DNA of 64,000 bases from an uncultured Bacteroidales bacterium. Its GTDB lineage: Bacteria; Bacteroidota; Bacteroidia; Bacteroidales; VadinHA17. Below, piece after piece: positions 52,601 through 64,000 of this stretch; position 1 is the first letter of the stretch; each line of letters starts with the position of its first letter. Location of the stretch: positions 28,415 through 92,414 of the forward strand of contig CAWFKG010000017.1 in the NCBI GenBank assembly GCA_963816365.1. Reading direction: 5' to 3'. The translations under genes and the position numbers were made by a program. The notes below the pieces were generated by a model, which saw only the letters and a program-made list of their open reading frames with translations, was not told where the DNA came from and ran no database searches.

Positions 52601-53113
52601 TCGGTCCGCAGATATGGCAAGCTTATGAAGGATATAAGCAACTCGATTGCAGCATTCACACCTCAGGAAATTGTTGCATTCGAAAACTCCGGAACTCATG
52701 CTGTTACTATTAACGGACAGGAGATTATTCTGACCACCGGAGATGTTGAAATAATTTCAGAGGATATACCAGGCTGGCAGGTTGCAAATGACGGTAAGCT
52801 GACTGTCGCTCTTGATATAACTGTATCTGACGATTTGCGTTATGAAGGTATTGCGAGGGAGTTTGTAAACCGGATCCAGAATATCCGTAAGGAAAACGGG
52901 TTTGATGTTACTGATAAAATCACAGTCTTATCGAAGATCATGATTTTGTGCATGAAGCAGTAACCAGACATTCATCCTATATCGCTTCACAGACGCTTGC
53001 TACTTCTGTCGAGTTAGCAGAAACGTTTCGACGGAACCAATATACGTGAAGTAGATATTGATGAGTGGGTGGTGAAGGTGCAGGTGAAGAAGCAAACTTG
53101 TAGAACCTTCTGA
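49643..53113 (+). CDS. ileS: isoleucine--tRNA ligase (long Bacteroidota type), at least 6 frameshifts
   Basis: PSANGIPGIHHVMARTIKD (HIGH region), the editing domain in ORF 50169..51395, KMSKRLGNAV (KMSKS), and C-terminal frames to ..EVDIDEWVVKVQVKK. Confidence 0.9.
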
Positions 53114-53158
53114 TTTAAGCTTGAATAGGTTTATCCATTTTTGTATTATTATACTTAA

Positions 53159-54098
<940 letters not shown>

Positions 54099-54101
<3 letters not shown>

Positions 54102-54710
54102 CTGACGGACTTAGTGACTAAGGGACTTAGTGACTAAGGGACTCAGAGACGAGGGTTACCAACTCCAATTCTCTGGATGGAGGGACATGTTGACAAGCTT
54201 TCCTAATATTTTGTCATAGGTTTCATTAAGGTCAAAATGTTCTTGTTCGGTCATATAGTCACAACTTAACGAGAAATCCAACCAGGTTTGAGTTTCTGCT
54301 GCTTCGCCCTCCGAATCCGTGAGTTTTGCAATAAATGATTTTGGATATCTTCTTTTTCTGAAGGCTTCTGCTAGATTTGAGCATACTGACCTGGAAGATC
54401 TTCTTATTTGATCTGTTAAAGAATAAATCTCTTCTTTGGGAAATCTCTTGGTTAGTTCAAAAATCTTCATTGCTACATCGAACAAAAGACAATACACGTC
54501 TAATTCCTTGTGAGATCTGATTTTCATTTTTCAGCGATTTAAGTAAGACAATTATTATTCCAATCTAAAATTAGAACAAATACTTGAATCCTATTCATAA
54601 TTTGTTTTATATTCTCATCATCCCTATAGTCTCTTAGTCTCTTAGTCTCTTAGTCTCTTAGTCTCCTTAGTCTCTTAGTCTCTTAGTCTCTTAGTCTCTT
54701 AGTCTCTCTT
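54099..54710. mobile_element. hairpin-bounded cassette e, arms GACTTAGTGACTAAGG.. / (CTTAGTCT)n
   Basis: The left arm 54099-54155 begins with the uxs TGA. The right arm 54621-54710 is about 10-11 tandem 8-mers. Confidence 0.7.
54156..54527 (-). CDS. four-helix-bundle protein (PF05635-like, second subfamily)
   Basis: Intact 123-aa ORF with TDQIRRSSRSVCSNLAEAFRKRRYPKSFIAKL. Confidence 0.8.
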   Translation of the reverse strand: MKIRSHKELDVYCLLFDVAMKIFELTKRFPKEEIYSLTDQIRRSSRSVCSNLAEAFRKRRYPKSFIAKLTDSEGEAAETQTWLDFSLSCDYMTEQEHFDLNETYDKILGKLVNMSLHPENWSW

Positions 54711-54758
54711 CTTTTATTTAAATCCCTGGTCGGTCATCGCATTTAGTTAATTTCCTGA

Positions 54759-54766
54759 TATCTTTG
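54759..54766 (+). promoter_or_regulatory. candidate -7 box TATCTTTG just upstream of dnaG (would give a near-leaderless mRNA)
   Basis: It matches TAnnTTTG and lies 4 nt before the ATG at 54771. Confidence 0.3.
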
Positions 54767-54770
54767 AACC

Positions 54771-56717
54771 ATGATAGACCGCTCAACCATAGAACGAATT
54801 CTGGATGCCGCTCAGATTGTTGATGTGGTACAGGAGTTTGTTCCACTGAAGAAACGGGGAGTGAACTACCTGGGGTTATGTCCATTTCATAATGAAAAAA
54901 CACCTTCATTCACAGTATCTCCATCGAAAGAGATTTTCAAATGTTTTGGATGCGGAAAAGTGGGAAACTCGGTCAATTTTGTAATGGAACATGAGCATCT
55001 GACCTACCCCGAAGCGCTTAAATACCTTGCAAAGAAATATCACATTGAGGTCATTGAAAAAGAGCTTTCACAGGAAGAGCTGGAAAAACAGAATGAGAGG
55101 GAGAGCCTCCTTGTGGTTTCATCATATGCTGCCAGGCAGTTCTCTGAAAACCTGTTTCATAATGACGAGGGAATATCTATCGGACTTACCTATTTCAGGG
55201 AACGGGGCTTCCGTCAGGATACATTGAAAAAATTTGAGGTAGGTTACTGCTTTGAGAAACGGGACGCATTCTCGAAAAAGGCTCTTGAAGATGGATACAA
55301 ACAGGATTTTCTTGTAAAGACCGGTCTTTCAGTTCAGCATGAAGACCACATCTTCGACAGGTTCAGCAGCAGGGTGATGTTCCCTATACATTCTCTTTCC
55401 GGACAGGTACTCGGTTTCGGAGGCAGAATACTTAAAACTGATGTCAAAACAGCTAAATATCTGAATTCTCCCGAATCAGAGATATATCATAAAAGCAGAA
55501 TATTATACGGAATATACCAGGCGCGGAAATCGATAACACAGGAGGACAAATGTTATCTGGTTGAAGGTTATACCGATGTTATGTCGTTACATGAAGCAGA
55601 TATTGAAAATGTTGTGGCATCATCGGGAACCTCTCTGACGCAGGAACAGGTAAGGCTTATAAAAAGATTTACCCAGAATATTACAATTCTTTATGATGGT
55701 GACCCTGCCGGGATTAAAGCCTCCATAAGGGGTATTGACCTGGTGCTTGAAGAGGGGATGAATGTCAAGATTGTCCTTATCCCCGATAATGAGGACCCTG
55801 ATTCTTATTCAAAAAAATTAAGCAATGAGGAATTCCGGAAATTCCTTAAGGAGAATGAAACTGATTTCATACGTTTTAAGACGCAGCTTCTTCTCTCTGA
55901 AGCAAGTAATGATCCGGTCAAAAGAGCTGATCTTATACGCGATGTTGTAAAGTCAATTGCTGTTATCCCCGAAGCTATAACAAGGACAGTATATATAAAG
56001 GAATGCAGCACCGTACTTGAGGTCAGTGAGCCCATCCTATATCATGAAGTCAATAAGCTCCGGCAGCATAAAAGTTTTCAGGACAGGAATAAATATCCGG
56101 GTCCCGAGGATCTTCCTGTTCCTCCGCCGGTTATAGTCAAACCTGTTCAACGCGAGACTGTTACGTATTATTCTGAAAAGGAGATAATCAGACTGCTTTT
56201 AAAATTCGGAAATGTAGAATTTGAAAGGACCCTGAATAAAGAAGATGGCAAAGAGGAGATGCTATCTGTAGCTGATTATATTGTCAGGGAGATAACATCT
56301 GACGATCTTTTGTTTGACGACAGCGTATGCTCAAAGATTTTTGCCGATTTCAGATTTCATGTCGAGCATGGTCTGATCACAGGTGACAAACAATTCGTAA
56401 AACATGGAGATCCTGAGATCTCAAGTCTTTCAGCCGATCTGCTTGCCGACTCGCATGAGCTGAGCAGGATCTGGAAGGATAAGCAAACTTTCGTTGAGAC
56501 GGAAGATATGAAGCTGAAAGAGATTGTAGGCGATGCCGTCCTCAAATTCAAGAGTGATAAAATAATGATTAAGAGAAAAGAGATAATGTCACTTCTTGAA
56601 GAAGCCGTAAAAGCCAACGATACTGAGAAGATACTACAGCTGCAAAAAAGATATGCAAATCTTAGTGTTGTCCTGGGATTAATTTCAAGGAAACTGGGGA
56701 ACAGGATATTGCTGTAA
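54771..56717 (+). CDS. dnaG: DNA primase
   Basis: Intact 648-aa ORF. The zinc ribbon is CPFHNEKTPSFTVSPSKEIFKCFGCGKVG and the TOPRIM motifs are EGYTDV..YDGDPAG. Confidence 0.9.
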   Translation: MIDRSTIERILDAAQIVDVVQEFVPLKKRGVNYLGLCPFHNEKTPSFTVSPSKEIFKCFGCGKVGNSVNFVMEHEHLTYPEALKYLAKKYHIEVIEKELSQEELEKQNERESLLVVSSYAARQFSENLFHNDEGISIGLTYFRERGFRQDTLKKFEVGYCFEKRDAFSKKALEDGYKQDFLVKTGLSVQHEDHIFDRFSSRVMFPIHSLSGQVLGFGGRILKTDVKTAKYLNSPESEIYHKSRILYGIYQARKSITQEDKCYLVEGYTDVMSLHEADIENVVASSGTSLTQEQVRLIKRFTQNITILYDGDPAGIKASIRGIDLVLEEGMNVKIVLIPDNEDPDSYSKKLSNEEFRKFLKENETDFIRFKTQLLLSEASNDPVKRADLIRDVVKSIAVIPEAITRTVYIKECSTVLEVSEPILYHEVNKLRQHKSFQDRNKYPGPEDLPVPPPVIVKPVQRETVTYYSEKEIIRLLLKFGNVEFERTLNKEDGKEEMLSVADYIVREITSDDLLFDDSVCSKIFADFRFHVEHGLITGDKQFVKHGDPEISSLSADLLADSHELSRIWKDKQTFVETEDMKLKEIVGDAVLKFKSDKIMIKRKEIMSLLEEAVKANDTEKILQLQKRYANLSVVLGLISRKLGNRILL

Positions 56718-56729
56718 GACATACAGTAC

Positions 56730-57506
56730 TCACCCCCTTCATCCTCCATAGAGAGTGGCGGGGAGGCAAAACCGTCAACTTAAGAAGTTGAATATAGTAA
56801 AATATGGAGAGAGTTTAGTACAAAACAGAATGTAAAATATTGGATATAAGCCTGATACATTTCCCCTCCTTTTGAAGGAGGGGTGGCCGGACCACTTTAT
56901 AATTATGATACAAATACTGATACCGGCCGGGGTGGTTGATTGTTTATTCAAATTCCGGATCTTTCATTTTGAAGATTTTTCTTATCTCATTTTTTACGAA
57001 TTCAGGTTCCTGGAATACCAGCCTGTTTTCAAACCTTAGTACTGAGAATCCAAGGCCTTCAAGATATTGATCTCTTTTTTTATCTTTTTCTATTTTATGA
57101 TATTCACCATGCGGATTTCCATCAAGCTCAATTACCAGTTTTTCTGAAGTACAACAAAAGTCAACTATGTAATTACCTATACTATGTTGTCTTCTGAATT
57201 TTCTTTCATTAAGCTTTTTTGATTTTAAAATGTTCCATAACTCAGCCTCAGCAGAAGTGGACTTGTTCCTAAGAGATGATCTAAAAAACTTAAGGCTTTT
57301 TTTGTTAAAGAGGATTTTGTTTTTCATGCCAATAAAGGTAAGAAAGAAATCAATGAATCAACCACCCCGATCGGGAAATAAAACACTGTATATATCAGAT
57401 AATCAATCGTCCCGACCACCCCTCCTTCAAAAGGAGGGGAAACTTTTTTATGCAATATCTCGTTCATCAATAGAGATTAAGTAGACGGCATGGGGTGGGG
57501 AGGTGA
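56730..57506. mobile_element. hairpin-bounded cassette with intact DUF559 cargo and three nested inverted repeats
   Basis: The outer pair is 56730-56786 / 57467-57506. The middle pair is 56858-56896 / 57409-57444, and each member contains its own CCCCTCC..GGAGGGG hairpin. The inner pair is 56919-56941 / 57354-57376. Confidence 0.75.
56944..57327 (-). CDS. DUF559 (Vsr-like endonuclease fold) protein
   Basis: Intact 127-aa ORF with AEAELWNILKSKKLNERKFRRQHSIGNYIVDFCCTSEKLVIELDGNPH..LRFEN. Confidence 0.8.
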   Translation of the reverse strand: MKNKILFNKKSLKFFRSSLRNKSTSAEAELWNILKSKKLNERKFRRQHSIGNYIVDFCCTSEKLVIELDGNPHGEYHKIEKDKKRDQYLEGLGFSVLRFENRLVFQEPEFVKNEIRKIFKMKDPEFE

Positions 57507-57662
57507 TTACATTAAATATTTAGGGGAATACGGAGGCTAAAAATGCTGCTGTACATCAGGTACCGAAGATCCGGAGCTATAAAATCAAGGAAATCTAATT
57601 TATCATCTCTATTCAAACCGATTAATATTAATTGCTATTTTTGAATTATTAACTCTGACAGT

Positions 57663-58566
57663 ATGAGAAGGCCAATTATCATCCTTATTTTATTTATTTT
57701 ATTTCTTTCAGTCTCCTGCAGACAAGGTATAAAAGAAAAGGATTCATTTAAGCCGGTCTTTTCAACCTATAAATCAGACACCTCAAAAAAGCCATCTACC
57801 TCTACAAAAAAATGAGATCTTTTATGGAATACTTACTCCTGTTGAAATGTGCACAATATTTAACAGGCTGGGGATCACTTACAATAATGCAGCTCTGAAT
57901 CCTGTTTCGAACAGGGATCTCTATTTAAGCATCTCTAAAGCGTCCATAAACACCGGGGTCTATGGAGTTGATTTCGGATATCTTAAGGTTTTTGGAATAG
58001 GACAGCAGATGATCGATTATATGGTCACTATCCGTGATATGAGCAACAAACTCGGCATTCCCGACAGTTACCTCACCGGACCTATAAAGAAGGTGGAAAA
58101 TGATATATCAGATCCTGATACAATTCTGTACCTCATGAACGATGCTTATACTAAAATGGAAGCACACCTTCGTGAAAGCGGAAGAGAAAGCACTGCTGGT
58201 CTTATGATTATGGGTGGCTGGGTCGAAGCTATGTTTATTGCCACCCAGCTTGTTTATAATCCTGACAGGCCCGATTCTGAAGTCGTACAGAAGATCGCAC
58301 AGCAGAAATACACTCTTACCACTCTTCTGAGCTTCCTGAAAAATTATTATGATGACCCTGTTGTAGTTTATTATTCCAAGAAACTTAAATACCTGAAAAA
58401 CTATTTCGACTCTTTTGATATCTATTTCAAAAAGGGCGATCTTGAAATTGATACTGCAAAGCAAGTCTTCCGTTCCACCGGAAGTCAGATGACTGTAACA
58501 GTTGAAACATTGAATAAGATACGCGACTATGTCGCAAAACTAAGGACGGAGATGGTAACGCCCTAG
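57663..58566 (+). CDS. lipoprotein of unknown function, one frameshift in the A7 run at 57806-57812
   Basis: MRRPIIILILFILFLSVSC is a lipobox. ORF 57847..58566 continues it, and the frame is restored by shortening the A run by one. Confidence 0.55.
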
Positions 58567-58733
58567 GAATGTATTATGTATAACAGGCGATTGGCGATGT
58601 GCTTTATTTAATTGTCATTGCGCGCGCGTAGAAGGAACTGCAATCTTAAACTCCAGCCCTCTGAATTTACTCCTGATTTATTTGTATATTAGATTCACCA
58701 ATCTGATCAACTGTTGAACCTAACCACCGCAAA

Positions 58734-61700
58734 ATGAAATCTGCAAAACTCATTCCAATCCTTATTGTATTTCTTATCCTAACATCTTGTGGTTCAAAGA
58801 ATAATAAGTTATTACAGCAAATAAAAAATCAGGGAACTGAAGCCGTCACTGTGAATATTCCTCTTGATAAAGGCTTCAGTGAGTATATTTCAGGATATAC
58901 TTCAGGCGTTATTCCGGCCAATTCAGTTATTGAAGTACACTTTACACCCGAATTTGCTGCTAAGGCTGACAAGTCGGCTTCAGGATTATTTGTGTTTGAA
59001 CCATTTGTTAAAGGGAAAACGGAATGGAAAGATGAAACAACTCTTGTCTTTACACCTTCAAAACATCTCGATCCTGAGACCACTTACTCGATTAATCTTA
59101 ACCTGGACAAACTCTCCGAAGTGAATGACAGGCTGAAAGTATTTCCATTAAAGGTCCAGACTGTCAAAAAAGACTTCCATGTGACTATAGGATCCCTTGA
59201 CTGTTCAGGTGCTGCAGGAAACGGCTATCTGCTTCATGGCCAGATAACAGCTTCCGATTTCATAGAACCTGCTGAAATCGAAAATTATCTGAATGCCAGA
59301 CTGGGAAGAAAAAAGCTGGAAATAACTTGGGACCATTCTGCCAGTCTCATTCATAAATTCACTGTAACAGGAATTGACCGCACTGACAAGGTTCAGGGAC
59401 TTCTTATTACATGGGATGGTTCTTCAGGCCGGGTAAAACAAGAAGGATCTGCTTCAATAAATATACCTCCTGCCGGGGAATTCAATGTTCTGGATGTAAT
59501 TTCAAGCTCGGATGGCAGTCAGAAAATAGATATTATATTTTCAGATGCCATTGATCCTGCCCAGGAAACTGAAGGACTCATTCATTTAGATCCATTTTCA
59601 GAAAATACGTTGAGTATTGCTTCGAATATTGTAAGCATCCTGCCGGCAAAAAGGTTACAGGGAATTGTCATGCTTCATGTGGAGCCGACAATTAAAAACA
59701 ATAAAGGAGCTAACCTCACTCAGTCCTTTTCAAAACAGCTTGACTTCACCTCCCTATACCCTTCAATAGCGGCTGTTGGAAAAGGTGTGATACTGCCTTC
59801 TTCAAAAAATCTTATATTTCCATTCAGGGCTGTAAACCTTAAAGCTGTTGACCTTAGAATAATCAAGATATTTGATAACAACCTTCCTTATTTTCTTCAG
59901 GAAAATGATATCACCGGCAGCAATTCGATAAAACGGTTCGGACGTCCGGTATATTCAGGAAAAGTTGATCTCGTCACTGGCTCAGCAATGAATGATGGTC
60001 AGTGGAGCCTGTATACTATTGATCTTGCTGACTACATAAATATTGAACCGGGTATACTATATAAGGTAGAGCTGGGTATGAGAAGGTCTTACTCTCTTTA
60101 TCCCTGTATAGCCACAGGTGAAGTAAGTAAATATGAAGAAGCCCTTCAGATGGCTGCTGAGCAAAACAAGGAATCATGGGACGATCCCGACAATTATTAT
60201 AGCGAAGATGAGTATGACGTTTATTACAGATACGGTCTTGACTGGAATCAGCGCGATAATCCTTGTAATGACGCTTACTACAGTCCCGATAGAATGATTT
60301 CAAAAAACGTCCTGGCGTCAAATTTAGGACTGATGGCAAAAAAAGGGGAAGACAATATTCTGCATGTTATGGTCAACGATCTTATTACCGCTATGCCATT
60401 AAATGAAGTATCAGTTGAAGTATTTGATTTACAGATGCAGCAGGTTTCTTCGGGAACGACCAATCAGGATGGGTCAGTGGCTATTCATTGTGAAAGAAAA
60501 CCGTTCCTGGTCATTGCAAAAAAAGATAAAGACAGGAACTGGCTTAAAATAAATGATGGAGCTTCTCTTTCTCTGAGTTCATTCGACGTGGCGGGAAACA
60601 AACCCGAAAACGGAATTAAGGCTTTTATATATGGCGAAAGAGATGTCTGGAGACCCGGTGATTCAATTTTCCTTTCAATAATCATAAAAGATATGAAAGG
60701 AAATCTTCCTGAAGGACATCCTGTCCAGTTTGAACTTATTAATCCTCTCGAACAGAAAGTTGATAATCAGGTTCAGAAATTAGAAGGAAAGAACCTTCTT
60801 GTCTTCACATCAAAAACCCCTTCTGATGCAGTCACTGGTGATTATAGAGCCATATTCAGAATCGGGGGTGCCACCTTTACAAAACGGGTAAGAATTGAAA
60901 CTGTAAAACCGAACAGGCTGAAGATAAATCTGAATTTCCAGGGTGAGATCCTTGGCGGGTCCAATCCTGTTGCAAAAGGAACTCTCAATGTGAAATGGCT
61001 TAATGGAAACGTGGCAAAGAACCTAAAGGCATCTGTTGATTATATCCTGAAGCAGACAAAAACACAATTTGACAAATATGGACAATATGAATTTGATGAT
61101 CCAATAAGTGAATTCCATACAGAAACGGTAAACATTTTTAAAGATGCAGTAGATGATAAAGGAAATGCTACTGTTGTTTTTGATCCGGGGAAAGCGACAA
61201 ATGCGCCCGGAATGCTGAATGCTGTGTTTACAGCTAAAGCCTCAGAGCCCGGAGGTGATGAAAGTATTACCCAGACAAGCTATAAATATGCACCATATCC
61301 GGTATTCGTCGGGATAAACCTTCCAGGACTTAAAGGTAAAAGCAGAATGCTTTTTACTGATGCAGTCAATGAAGTCAGATTTGTCACGGTCGACGAGAAA
61401 GGAAAGCCAGTCCGATCAGAAGTTGAAATAACAATTTATAAAATCTCGTACAGATGGTGGTGGGAATCAGATGAAGAAAATCTTGCTTCATTTATTTCCA
61501 ACCAGAATTATAAACCCGTAATTAAAAAAACTATTACCACTTCAGGCGGAGAGGGTTCTTTCACATTTAACATTGATAAAAAAGAATGGGGTCGTTACCT
61601 GATAAGAGCTACCTCTCCCGGTGGCCATACGACCGGCAAAATACTTCTTGTAGACTGGCCCTGGGAATATGGTTCAAAAGGCAATACTGAGGGGGCCACT

Positions 61701-64000
61701 CTGCTCGCAATCAACACCGATAAAGACAAGTATAACACCGGAGATGAAATAAAACTCACCTTCCCTGCTCCCGAAAATGCAAGAGCTATTGTGACTCTTG
61801 AAAACGCTGAAGGTGTTCTGGATGAAATGCGGGTAGGTACTGAGAAAGGCAGCACCGTAGTCTCATTCAAGGCAAGACCTGAGATGGCACCTAATGTCTA
61901 TGCATACGTTACAGTGATCCAGCCTCATGCTCAGACTGTCAACGATATGCCAATGAGGTTGTACGGAGTAGTGCCTGTTATGGTCGAAGATCCTCAGACC
62001 CGGCTTGTACCGAAAATTGAAATGCCTGATGAGATCCGTTCACAAAAACCAGTGGTGATCAAAGTCAGTGAAGCAAACGGGAATTCCATGAGCTATACCC
62101 TGGCGGTCGTTGATGAGGGACTGCTTGATATAACAGGTTTCAAGACTCCCGATCCATGGAACTATTTCTATGCCCGCGAAGCTCTTGGCGTCCAGACCTG
62201 GGATCTTTATGATTTTGTTCTTGGAGCCTTCGGCGGAACTCTCGACAGAGTATTTGCTACAGGTGGAGATGAAACCGTTATTGATAAATCTGCCAATAAA
62301 GCAAAGAGGTTTGTACCGGTAGTAAAATTCCTTGGTCCTTTTAGTCTGACCTCAGGAAAAATCAAATACTCATACTATTACATTGCCTCAGTATACCGGG
62401 TCCGTACGGACAATGATCATAGCCGGAAGCGACAGGGCTTTTGGCATTGCGGAGAAATCCGTACTTGTTAATGACCCTCTGATGATACTTGTAACCGCTC
62501 CCAGGGTTGTCAGCCCGGGCGAAAAAGTCGCCCTCCCGGTCTCCCTCTTCATTCAGAAAAACGGTATCAGCGATATTACAATTAAAGCCGAAGGAAATGA
62601 TCTTATCAGCTTTCAGGAGAAAACAAAAAGTATATCCGTGTCAGGTACAGGCGAGAAAGAATCGGAATTTTCATTTACTGCGGGAGGAAAAACCGGTGTG
62701 GCAAAAATAAGTGTTACTGCAACCGGTGGCGGAGAGAGCGCTACCTATAATATGGAGATTGAAGTGAGAAGTCCTAATCCGCCTGAGTTACGGACTGAAC
62801 TTAAGGTAATAAGAAAGGGTGAAAAGTTTGAAACATCCTTCAAGCCTTTTGGAATTGAGGGATCTAATTCTGCCACAATTGAGGTCTCGTCACTTCCATC
62901 AATAAACCTTGAGAAAAGAATGGAATATCTTCTTGATTATCCGCATGGATGTTCCGAGCAAGTAACATCACAGGCATTTCCACAGTTATGGCTCAAAGAT
63001 CTCACAAGCAATGATGCGAGCTCAAAATCTGTTTCGGATAATATCTCAAAAGCCATTAACATACTTATTTCCAGACAGATGGTCAATGGTGGTATAGCTT
63101 TGTGGCCGGGCTCAGGCCAACCAGATAACTGGGTGACATCATATGCAGGCCATTTCATGAGTGAAGCTGAAAGGAAAGGATACAATATCCCTTCAGGATT
63201 TAGACAGAGATGGCTTGGTTACCAGAGAAAAGCAGCACAGGACTGGCGTTATGATGCTATGTTCAAACAGACAGCCAATGATCAGGCATACAGGTTGTTT
63301 ACGCTGGCTCTTGCCGGTCAGCCCGAAAAAGGGGCTATGAACAGGCTCAGGGAATCACCGAACATTCCTCAATTATCCCGATGGCTGCTGGCAGCTACAT
63401 TTGCCACAACCGGAAGGCCTGAAATCGCTGCAGGACTGCTCGATGTAAGGAATACCGGAACTGAGGCTGAGTTCTGTAATTATTATTATGGCAGTGAGAT
63501 GCGCGATAAAGCTATTATATTATATACCCTTACTCTTTTGAAAAATGAAGAACAGGTGCTTCCTGTGCTTAAGACGATCTGTGATAATTTCAATAATGAG
63601 GACTGGTACAGCACACAGTCAATAGCATGGTGCTTGTATTCATATATGAAATGGACAGAAACAGTACCAGGTGACAAAAGTGGTCCCTCAAAAATAACAT
63701 TCACTTTCAACGGTAACAAATCTGAACAGACAGTGCCTTCGAAACAAGTCTGGTTAAAAGATCTGAAGCAGAATAGCGATAATAACTCACTTATCATTGA
63801 GAACAAATATGAGCAGCCACTGTATGTAACCCTAACAAGGAAAGGGATCCCTCTTGTCTCCGATATGGCACGTGAAGATAAAGGAGTAAGCATGAAAATT
63901 GATTATATGGATATGAACCTGAAACCCCTTGATCAGAAAAATCTTAAACAAGGTTCTGATTTCTTGATGGTTGTAAAGGTCACCAACAATACATTCTCAT
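58734..64000 (+). CDS. bacterial alpha-2-macroglobulin family lipoprotein with thioester motif, one frameshift at the A5 run 62357-62361; 3' end lies outside the window
   Basis: Lipobox LILTSCGS. ORF 58734..62471 carries MG-type domains. An untracked open frame then runs from ~62360 to 64000 and contains YPHGCSEQVTSQ (CxEQ at 62950-62961). Confidence 0.85.

Overview
This is a 64-kb fragment of a low-GC (roughly 37-40% by eye) Bacteroidota-type chromosome, judged from T9SS C-terminal sorting domains, a UpxY antiterminator and TAnnTTTG promoter boxes. Positions 1-30129 (minus strand) form one ~30-kb glycan biosynthesis and export locus. It holds about 10 glycosyltransferases, 4 methyltransferases, a DegT aminotransferase, WbqC, a glucuronyl C5-epimerase-like protein, Wzm/Wzt, a Wzc-like kinase and a Wza-like exporter. 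Its distal end carries DUF354, ATP-grasp, decarboxylase, deacetylase, CapK-like and CapA-like genes. Positions 30.4-45 kb hold nucleotidyltransferase genes, two large T9SS-secreted proteins, an isolated UpxY, a Wzi-like protein and a WbaP-like sugar transferase. Positions 45-64 kb are mostly housekeeping genes (DksA-like, rhodanese, ribE, yhbP-like, ubiX, cobB, ileS, UDP-glucuronate decarboxylase, dnaG), followed by a lipoprotein and a thioester alpha-2-macroglobulin that runs off the window. About 32 of ~51 genes, including essential ileS, have broken reading frames. Several breaks are repaired by changing an A-run length by one base, so I read them as sequencing or assembly indels rather than true pseudogenes. 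The most unusual feature is a set of 14 intergenic loci with long imperfect hairpins whose arms are 6-8 nt (once ~38 nt) tandem repeats. Five of these enclose a ~120-aa four-helix-bundle (23S-rRNA-IVS-protein-like) gene and three enclose a DUF559 endonuclease-like unit. The rest are empty or hold gene remnants. I found no tRNA, rRNA, CRISPR array, transposase or integrase. All coordinates were counted by hand and may be off by 1-2 nt.
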